Assembly (NCBI GenBank): GCA_951406725.2
Contig: OX597822.1
Coordinates: 51,460,001 to 51,524,000 of the forward strand
Reading direction: 5' to 3'
DNA from: Octopus vulgaris
Taxonomy: Eukaryota
DNA: 64,000 nt
Shown here: positions 53,751 to 64,000 of the stretch, in pieces
Layout of the letters: every line of letters begins with the position of its first letter
How positions within the stretch are numbered: the first letter of the stretch is position 1
Program-made: the position numbers and the translations under genes
The notes under the pieces: generated by a model
Seen by the model: only the letters and a program-made list of their open reading frames with translations
Database searches by the model: none
What the model was told of the DNA's origin: nothing

Positions 53751-54789
53751 TTAAGGTTCATTCTTTGTTACAAATTGGCAATGAAAAATTGTTCTGGAGA
53801 TTTGGAAAAGCGAAGAAAGAGAAGGACAGTCACACCGAGACAGAAAGAGAGACAGACAGACAGACAGACAGAAACAGAGACAGAGACAGGGACAGAGAGA
53901 AGAGAGAGAGACGTGGAAAGAGACAGCGGTAGTCACAAATAAAATTCGCAAGGCATAAAATTCCTGTAGAACCTCGAGTCCGACTGAAACATGCAGTGCC
54001 AACGGTGGTTGAAAACTTGAATCGGGTATGGAACTGAACATCGACGAAACCCTCATTTGCGGGTGAAACTATCACAGCCTGGGATGAAGAGGAAATGTTT
54101 ACTGAAAAAAGTAGAAGGCCAGAATATTCATTAAAAAAAAGGATGCAAGAAATTTATGAAGCTCAAAGTTATAAATTACAATAAAACTAAAACTAGCCTT
54201 TCCAGAGTATATCTAATTCCAATTGAAACAAATGATCACGGACACGTTTGGAAGTATCAAATTTCATTATCAGCAATAACCAGAGAGCCGAGAGGAAGCA
54301 GGCAGCAAGTTTGATGAGGAGCTCTTCTCTTAGCACCGCCATCATTTTCATCATTAGATTCCTTATTTTCTTCAGCAATGTGTGGTCTTCAGATTATATG
54401 TCCAAACCACTTTTCAGGCTATGTTTATCAGGTTCATTAGATTTTTTCTTCAGATCGTTGCATGAATTGGTCAGCTGACAGTCATTTAATTAAGACGCGT
54501 GGCTGGCTACTCTCTTCATCTGAAACTTGATTTCTTTCCTGTTGTTGTTGTTGTGATTATCGTTATTATTCTGTTGTTTCAATTTTGTTTCCATTTCTTG
54601 CTCAGTGTCTTCCCGACCTAAGGCAAAGGAATTCACTGAATACATTGATAGGCCATTAAAATAAACACACCAGATGGGTTCATTTACAAAGACTTGTCAT
54701 TGAAAAATGATGGGAGAAAGACATTTCGAAAAAGGAAAGAAGGAAAGTATAAAATGGAAAAAAAAACAAAAAAAATAAAGAGGAAAAAT

Positions 54790-56190
54790 GAAAAAATTCA
54801 CAGCGATGATGCTCTTTTCAATACTTGCGGCGTACCTATTAAAATTGTTTTGCACCACTTCTTGCATGGATGGGTAGCCAAGGATCATACTCAAATATTT
54901 TTCAGTTTCTTTTTTGATTTTTGCAAGTGCTCCTACAAACATTGTATTATAACTGTCTTGCGATGCCACATTTTTTGTCGGGCAGCAAACTCTTATACTT
55001 TCTGAGCATATCATATTATTTTAGCTAACACCTTGTTACATGCATTTAACTCGGATTTCATGACTGCTCGAACTCTCCTGTAACATTCCTCATTGATCTT
55101 CTCGTTCATACTGGCACGCTGAATCCCAGAGCCCTTGGGAAATATGAGAGTTGATAGTAATATTTTTTGAAGTCAGTACTCCATTAGAGTGGTACACTTG
55201 GCGATTCGCATTCCACACTCATATGTTATCCTTCAGGAAGTCTGAAATTACGGTAGAAATTTTGATGATATCCAGCAATTTCAAGATCCATGAATGCTAT
55301 ATGTTATCATAGACCTTTTCTATAATCGAGTCTTGCGGAATTAACATATTTGCGTTTGTTATAACAGTTTTCAAGGATCATGCAATTGTTTACGGCAGGA
55401 TCTTTGCATCCATTTTGTACAGTGGGACAAATATCGCTCTGTCCCATAAAGGTGTATGTTTCCGCAACGAGGATGTATGTTAAAATGTTATACGTGGCAG
55501 ATAGACAGGTTATGGCCCGATAGTTTGGGTGAAATGTGGTTTTATTATTCTTTGGAAGTAGGTAGATAGTACAACTTGTTAACCAATGAGGTGTTTTCGA
55601 AGGAGCTCTCATAAATTCATTGAATAGCTGTAATTTTCGCATGCGCACGGGAACGAAGAAGCCAGAAATTTGGCACCCCGTCTTTACCAGGTTATTTTCA
55701 CTTATGACCTTTCGTGAGTGTCATTGTTAGGTCCATTATTGTGGTGTCTCTCCTCCTTTTCTTATATCTTTCATCGTTTCCACAGATTAATTCGTTCAAT
55801 ATTGGTATTTCACCTTTCATTAACTTCCTTTTTTTAAAAATTTTACTCCAGTGGTGAGTTCGTTCTCGGTTTGTATTTCTTTGAGGTTTTTTTCCCCGAG
55901 GCATACAACTAGTTTCAACTGTCTTACTAGACGCGTAAATATTCCCATTTAACTCAGTGAGATCGAGTTTTTATTCATTTTATGATTACCTTTGTTACAT
56001 AATTGCCAAGTTTAATTTCTTTGTTATATTGGATTCTATTTGACTGTTCATGAAGTGGTTCTGTATCATGCATATTGGCATGTCTTATAACTGCAAGCTT
56101 ATTCAGGAATTCCTGCTTCATTTCTAGCATAGACTCTCTGTGTTCTTCCGTAAATGTATGATCTTCAAATAGCGTATTTTATCAGTTTCC
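54790..56190 (-). pseudogene. Internally deleted R4/Dong-type LINE (RT N-terminal motifs + RLE tail)
   Basis: WLTSCTIYLLPK...NYRAITCLSATYNILT...GCKD...LDYRK, and terminal IGTPQVLKRASSL. Confidence 0.75.
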
Positions 56191-56240
56191 TCACTATCTG
56201 CTTGTTGTAGGACGGATTATAATTATATATTGATTATAAA

Positions 56241-56293
<53 letters not shown>

Positions 56294-57318
56294 CTATTTC
56301 GGAATGGTTATTTTGCCAGTTTAGCCAATAAAAACACACGCACTATATATTTGGTGTTTCTTTGCTTCTGTGTTATTTATTTTTTACATTAATCTTAATC
56401 TTATTTAGGCCAGAATTAAGGTTGTTGAAAAGCCAGGCAACCCTATCAAATCTATAATTGGTAGAACCTATCCTTTTAGTAGAACCCCCTGTACGGATAA
56501 GTACTGTACTCTATGTAGATTTAGCCCACAAACAAACTGTAAAGCCAGAAATGTAGTCTATAGTATAAGATGTATAGAGGGACGATGCAGTAACAAGACA
56601 ACGACATACGTAGGGGAAACGGCAAGAAGCACACACCACAACATATGACGATAGAGGATCCTGAAAACAATAAATACACAGATAAATAAATAAACTAATA
56701 GAAATAAATAACTATATATATATATTATGTATATGTATATATATATATATGTATATATATATATTTTTTTTTAGATTCAATTTATCATTATTATTATTAC
56801 TAGTATTGTTGTTATACATACATACATACATACATACATACAAGCATATGTAATGATAATGGATGGATGTAAACACATGAACAAAATAAGAATAAACAAA
56901 AGCAAAAACAACAACAAAAAAACAAAAAACAAAAAACAAAATACAAAATACAAATTACATGAACATATAAAATTACAAATTACATGAACATATATAAACA
57001 GAAGATACAAATATTACAGGCATCCCCCACATACACACACTAAATAAACATAAACGCACATAGATATATAAGCATGCGCAAATGAAGACATACAATAGAA
57101 ATACAAAATGGCTGACGGTTAGTAAGGAGAGACACAAATAAGTAAGAAGAAAACAAAGGACCACTGATGCGGTCACAGGAGTGTGACGAAAGAACTCTGG
57201 CCGAAATAAGATTAAGATTAATGTAAAAAATAAATAACACTGAAGCAAAGTAACACCAAATATATAGAGCGTGTGTTTTTATTGGCTAAACTGGCAAAAT
57301 GACCATTCCGAAATGTAA
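56294..57318. mobile_element. Truncated PLE-type insert with ~125-bp inverted arms
   Basis: 56294-56418 is the reverse complement of 57195-57315; a fragment of the same arm lies at 19515-19555. Confidence 0.75.
57158..57202 (+). ncRNA. Hammerhead variant (CUGAUGC core)
   Basis: ggacca-CTGATGC-ggtcac aggagt gtgac-GAAA-gaac-TC-tggcc. Confidence 0.55.
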
Positions 57319-57425
57319 CAATATCTGTTTCAACACACGACTTCACATAAAAAATCTTGCGCAACAAATATTTAAACGTATATATATATATGTAAAATAA
57401 TATGTTACAATTACTCAATATTCAA

Positions 57426-57486
57426 GATAAAACTCTGAGTTTCAGATGCCGAAGTGGAAATCCACAACACCATCTCTTCGGTTATC
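57426..57486 (-). ncRNA. Hammerhead variant (CCGAAGA core)
   Basis: gataa-CCGAAGA-gatg...catct-GAAA-ctcagag-TT-ttatc. Confidence 0.6.
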
Positions 57487-58407
57487 TAGCCATCTAAAAA
57501 ACGCTATGAAAAAATACCGTTATATAAAGGGAAATTACTGTGTTATAATTATATAAAATAAGATTAAAATTTCATAGTAAAACACGTAAAACATGGCTAG
57601 TCATACGCTTACATGTGCGCTCGCGGATCCACGTGCGTACTTATACATCGCTATGAAAACGTACACATCTTCACTCGCATTTCTCGCCAAATATATACGC
57701 ATATATATACAAACTCATACACACACACATGCGTACGGTAAAAGTTAATACATACGTTTATATAGGCACAAGCACAAGAAAAAAACATGGTTAAAGATGA
57801 CATAAAAAAAATAAGGAAGTATACAAAGCATAAAAACCACGTTCACATACGGACATGCCCTTATGCACTCATACACACACTCCCATATATGTACATACCT
57901 GCACATGTTTATATACGCATACAGACACACGCATATACAAAAAATGAATATAAATATGCTCCCCTCGCCCCCCAAAAAAAAACAACTAAAAATGGAAAAA
58001 TACTAAGTAAAAACGTCTCTCTATATATATATGCATTCTTATACCCGCACACACGCACATATCTAAAACTGCCCACTCATACATATTCACACACGTGTAC
58101 AAATAAATCTATATACACGTCTATATAGGCACAGGAAAAAATGCAGGATAGAAAAGTACAGAAAAAATTATTATGTGTGAAAATATAAAAATATATGAAA
58201 TAATAAAAGGTATAAAGAGAGAAAAAACTTTTTGGGACGTAATATAGAAAACAAGTTCTATCTGTTTTCTTTAGGGGACCAAAAACGTAACAAAAATTTA
58301 GTCACATATGGGCATGATCCGAAAATTCTGTCCTTGAGTTTAGACATGTAGTAGGGTCTAAGCTGCTTTTCCAGATAAGCCATTTCTCCACGTCGCATAG
58401 ATGGCTA

Positions 58408-58471
58408 GATAACCGAAGAGATGGTGTTGTGGATTTCCACTTCGGCATCTGAAACTCATCAGAGTTTTATC
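58408..58471 (+). ncRNA. Hammerhead variant, inverted partner of 57426-57486
   Basis: gataa-CCGAAGA-gatg...catct-GAAA-ctcatcagag-TT-ttatc. Confidence 0.6.
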
Positions 58472-58570
58472 TTGACTATTGAGTAATTGTAACATTATTT
58501 TATAGATAAATTTCTTCTATTTACATAATATTGAGGTATCTTTCTTTCTTTTGTTATCTTACCGTTTTTA

Positions 58571-58617
<47 letters not shown>

Positions 58618-58645
58618 GTATGTATGTACGTATCTATGTATGCAT

Positions 58646-58676
<31 letters not shown>

Positions 58677-58751
58677 CACATCCATATAGATATAGCTATA
58701 CACATATATAATATACATATAAATATATATACGTATATATACATAAATATT

Positions 58752-58797
<46 letters not shown>

Positions 58798-59149
58798 AAT
58801 AATAAGGACAGCGTTTCCGCATCTTCACAAACGAAAGAAATACGTACGTCACTAAAGTGACTAAGGGCACTACTCAGCGCCAGTGGTGCTAGAAATAAGA
58901 GTTAAAACAACCCATATCTACAGTAAGCACTTGTCTTAATGACTGACAAAGGAGGCAATCTCTCTCAGCCTAGAGATAGCTAAATCCCAGTAATTTCGAA
59001 TTTATATTAATGTTCATCAGTGACTCTCACCTAGCGTATTGGGTTAAACTCATCTCGCCTTGTCAGATTATTGTAGAAATTATACGCTGATTTCCTAAAC
59101 AGTAAAAGTGAATTTATGAATAATAAGGTTGTTCGCAATTTTACAACTG

Positions 59150-59420
59150 TCATATGCTTCACATTTCAAACAAAGGCTTGTGACATAGAAAGACACCATA
59201 TGTTATCTGAAGAACTCGGTAAGCGTGAGCTTTATGAGAAGGGCCTCTCAATCATAAAGAGCCTGTATTGGAACTAATCTGAGTGTATGAAAATGGATGG
59301 AAAGCACAGGGTATATACTAGCATTAGGAGATGTGTTAGACAAGGATGTGTTATGTGACCAGGTGTTTTTAATCATTATAGTGGATTGATCATATGAGAA
59401 CTGAAGAATGGTATAACTTC
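59150..59420 (+). pseudogene. Decayed LINE (RTE-like) RT fragment
   Basis: RRCVRQGCVM*PGVFNHY resembles RT motif GVRQGCxLSPxLFN. Confidence 0.55.
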
Positions 59421-59960
59421 ACTATTACTAATAGTACTATTTTTCGAATTGGGTACATCTATACGTTGATTATTTGCAGTAGATATATTATTGCGGTTAT
59501 TTAGGCGCCTACTGTCAGTTGTTGTAGTATTGTAGTTTTACGGTTAAATTTACTACGATTAGATCTTGCTATATATCTGCAATATTAGAGATGGTAGAAT
59601 ACATCAGTTTAACTGTGTATCTATCGAAAATTCTATGATACAGGCTAGATATTGGGAAGTGGCTTGAAAGCATTTTCGAACCACTTTAGAAGCATCATTT
59701 AAACTGAACTGCGGGTCGAACCACAAAATATTCCTTCGCAAAGTATTTTTCCTTGCTTACTAGGACTAGATGTAGCTGAGCCTAAAGTAATTTGGTTATT
59801 ATGGTTGACTACGTTCCTCTACACACAGCTAGTTTGTACTCTCTTGTGGAGTGTATAAACTGAGTGTGTGAAGAGATACGTAGTAGTCAACAGTTAACAA
59901 ACGAATGCAGAATCTGATCGTTTAAATATATTCTTTTCTTCTTCGAGTTCAAATATATTA

Positions 59961-60101
59961 TTAGGTTGTCCCAAAAGTTCGTAAACACTTGCGAAAATTG
60001 AATTTTTACTCGCCAAGTACTAACAAAAACAACAAAAATTATTCCTCAAAATAAAGACCATTATTTTCCAAGACTTTCTACGAACTTTTGGGACAACCTT
60101 A
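59961..60101. mobile_element. Mariner-derived MITE (141 bp)
   Basis: TA|ttaggttgtcccaaaagttcgta ... tacgaacttttgggacaacctta|TA. Confidence 0.88.
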
Positions 60102-61760
60102 TACATCAAAAGTATTTCTACAGCTTTTACTGGAACAAAATTTACAATATTTTCAGCTGTCATTCATATATTTTCAATGATTCATGTATATATTAATCAG
60201 AAAAGTCCAAATTATGCAAATTTTGTAGAATTATATACAAACACAAGAGACCCAATATATTTTTAATTACTTTTAATTTGTGATGATATTTGTTTACCCA
60301 TTATTTAACATAGTTGGTATATCTTACCACGATTGTCTCAATTTAACGACAGTAATTACGTTCTTACAAATTTTGACTCGATCGGTAGCGAGAATGTTAG
60401 AGTGAATATCTAAAGTACAGTATTTATTCCTCGATTTTTCAGAATATCGCTATTGTTATATTTTGTCTTAAAGTTCTTACGAAATAAAATTTCTATAGTT
60501 TGAGTTACCTACTCGAAGAGTGATAAAATGGAGGGGTTGGCCTCCCGTTTCCTTAGTTGCTTGTTGGTATGTGAATTATATCATTTGATATAAATTTAAT
60601 TCATCGGCAGCACCTAACGGGTGAGTGATATAAGAAAGGAAAATTACTTTATTGAATCGACGCTTTTTGAAAAGCTACTTGTCGCCATTAAGAAAATATA
60701 TATCCAGATTGGTATCAACACAAGCAGCTAGAGGCTGTTATTATTTGTTACCACTACTTATTTTATTATATTTGTGCTCACGTATATAATTATAACTGGG
60801 AGCGTGTTCATTTTGTGCTTTTTCTTGAATGTATAGATATAAATTCTGCAGTTATTTTTATAGTGGTGTTCATAGTCCTGAGTGTGGTATTTTTTAATTT
60901 TGTTTTTATCGCGTATCTGATATAGTACGATTAATTTCTCCCAACTCGTCTACATATATATACACACGTACACACGCAGACATATACAAACCCATAGGAA
61001 AGCACACGCATGTGCACCATATGCACACACGTGTACACACGCACAATTACTACGTGTGACTATCCAGAGACCGCAAATTATAAATACAATATGACAAAGT
61101 CATTTCCTTCTTCTAAACAAACGTTATTTAAGCACGTTCGCAAAAACTTTATGAATAACTTCGATTAAAAGAAATGCTTTGCAGTGTTATAAATTTTGAG
61201 AAAGAAGTTTAACATTGTTTTTTAGAGAAAATTGATTTTCTTCGCTATATCTGATTGACTCCTACTTTATTACAATTTAAAATCTAATGTGATAAATATA
61301 ATGACACCAAACGAAGACAGATTAGAGAAATGTATGTTCAAAACCGGTTGTAAAGTTAAGAAATATTTGCAATCGTGTCGTTACACTTTCGCCCCTACTT
61401 CAGCCGAACATCAGCATGTATCTTCTATTTTTTAACAGTTGGCCGGTGATGAATGGGGAGACTCATTTAGCGACATACGAAAAAGAGGTGGTTCCCTACA
61501 TATACAAGAGAATGTGCACAAACATATACTTACCTATGTATATAGTACAGACAGGCAAACATACACAAAACACACACACAGATATCTATATATGCTTGTG
61601 TGTTTGTGCATATATATATGTGTATGCTTGTGTGTTTGTGCATATATATATATGTATATATATTTAAATATATATTTAAATATGTTCGTCCGATTTCTAC
61701 TTTATAATTTTATAATTTTAAATTCTGTTAAACGCACCTTGTCTTTATACATATATATAT

Positions 61761-61845
<85 letters not shown>

Positions 61846-61848
<3 letters not shown>

Positions 61849-62118
61849 AGGCGCAATGGCCTAGTGGTTAGGGCAGCGGACTCGCGTAGACCGGGTGTTG
61901 TGAGTGTTTATTGAGCGAAAACACCTAAAAGCTCCACGAAGCTCCGGCAGTGGGTGCTGATCCCTGCTGTACTCTTTCACCACTCTTTCTCTCACTCTTT
62001 CTTCTGTTGTTCTGCTCGCTTAGCCAGCGGGGTGGCGTCATTTGAAGGCTAAAACAATGCGAACGCATTGTGACCAGCGATGTGTAGCAACATCTGATGG
62101 TCTGGTCGGTCACGTGAT

Positions 62119-62125
<7 letters not shown>
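61846..62125 (+). mobile_element. tRNA-derived SINE family C in a microsatellite
   Basis: ggcgcaatggcctagtggttagggcagcggact tRNA-like head (B box deleted); ends in tcacgtgatcacgtga + (TA)n. Confidence 0.8.
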
Positions 62126-62151
<26 letters not shown>

Positions 62152-62688
62152 AACGTCAGTATCTTGCACGAGGAGAGGGTCCTCAATACCGAATTGGTGT
62201 ATGATATTCTTCATTTGTGTATGAGTACCATTGTTTTCATGGTACGGACGTCTTCAATACTTATAAAGCCTTTCACATGGAAAATCAGTTTTCGCCTCTA
62301 TTTTGGATATGTATATATATATAAGCATATATATATACGCATGTGTGTGTGTGTGTAGAAAGAAGAAGTATATGCCTAAGCAGGTGAAAATATAGAATTT
62401 GTTTTGGGAGCTGGAAAATGCACCTGAATTTGAAAAACGCCAGAAATTGCAATAAAGAACGTCATATTCTCTTCTCATTTTTTCTCTCTCTTGTTCACGT
62501 ATTCTGTAAAACCACAATGCAACCAAGCATATAATAATATACATTTGTTACACTATTCGCTGAACATTTATTTTGATATTATCTAACCTTGCGAAACGCA
62601 TTTAATTTTTGAGAACATTTGATCGTTTAAATATGTTTGTCCGATTTCTACTTTATAATTTTAAATTCTGTTAAAATCACCTTGTCTT

Positions 62689-62756
<68 letters not shown>

Positions 62757-62758
62757 AT

Positions 62759-62792
<34 letters not shown>

Positions 62793-62813
62793 TTATTTGT
62801 TTATTTATTTATT

Positions 62814-62857
<44 letters not shown>

Positions 62858-64000
62858 ATATTTTTACCATTGATAAGCAACAAAAATAGTTTGGTATGTA
62901 TGCGAATCAATCTATCTAAAAACAACTACACGTTTTTCCAACTGAAATGTATTTTCAAACCCCAAAAAAGATTCTTCTATGTATACATATATACATATAC
63001 CAGTCTTTCTTTAACGGTATAGTCCAATTTCCTTTCCATGCTGCTCATAATTACCACGAAGTGAATTTTCTGCTTTATGTACATGCAGAAGTAATTTAAA
63101 TAAACCAATAATTTATTTCCTATGTTAATACATATATATTTATTTATGTTCATATGCATGCATACATGCATACGTACGTACATACATACGTACATACATA
63201 CATACATACATACATACATACATACATACATACATACATACACAAATACATGCTACAGAGTGAGTATTGCATAAATGCTTCACCCAGAACATATAACATC
63301 ACCAGGGAAACACGCCTGCCGTGATTATGGAACAGCCAAATGGAAAATCATGATGAGTTGACTTCATAATTGGCTATATAGAGCATGACTTCCACAGAGA
63401 AATTTTTAGGACCCTGTTTAACAAGATGTGGTGGACGCTAAGCTATTTATTTTAGATTGACTGACGTTTGCTCGGAATATTTTTATCCTTAAGAACAAAG
63501 TGACAAAACTATTAGCCTATAACATTCGTGCATGTTATGTACAAATTATGCACAGGAAAAAGGGAACATTTATGGCGAATTAATCCAGAAGTTAATGTTC
63601 TTTCACCCTGAATATAAATCTTTATTTGTATTTGTTAGCCTAGTTCGATTAGGTCATATATCTACAAATTTTACGCAAAAACTAGAAAGACCAGATTTTT
63701 CGAATAAAGAGCAAAAGAAACTGAAGTAGATTCTCAAATACGAATCGATTAATGACATGTGCAGATTTGTAAGCGATATGTCCCGCATTGTGACGACGTA
63801 TTTCGTTGTCCTAGTGAGTGACTCGTACGGCGTACCTCGCTGACTGACACTGCTTACTGTGTCTGTTCACTATGTATCAGTAGTGGAACAGCCCACTTCT
63901 CATTTGGAGGTCTCCGCCACAACAGTAAGATTTTCTAAAAATTCTCCATTCATCCTTTAGATGAATAGTTGCACAGACTCGGTCGTGTGTATGGACAATA

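Larger units (their letters stand above)
57390..58575 (-). mobile_element. 5'-truncated Naiad 3' end with inverted pLTR
   Basis: 58270-58396 minus encodes DVEKWLIWKSSLDPTTCLNSRTE(F).. / SCPYVTKF, matching the GIY-YIG tail; pLTR 57398-57497 is inverted at 58398-58497. Confidence 0.8.

Overview
AT-rich, microsatellite-saturated eukaryotic DNA that is almost entirely transposon-derived. The SINE and repeat content resembles an octopus (coleoid cephalopod) intron or intergenic region; this is inference, not a database result. The dominant feature is a ~9.2 kb Penelope-like retroelement of the Naiad type on the minus strand (RT with YRDD, plus C-terminal GIY-YIG, now disrupted). It has two ~1.83 kb direct pseudo-LTRs and an inverted 5' pLTR, each carrying a minimal hammerhead ribozyme. 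A second, 5'-truncated Naiad and many short PLE remnants are scattered through the window. Together they give about 15 hammerhead or hammerhead-like motifs from roughly 10 sequence families, often in inverted pairs and usually embedded in (TA)n/(CA)n tracts. Also present: two mariner relics and a MITE, three Helitron pieces, several decayed R4/Dong-type RLE LINEs, three tRNA-SINE families, and a few weak candidate host exons on the minus strand. Most ORFs in the supplied track are microsatellite artefacts.
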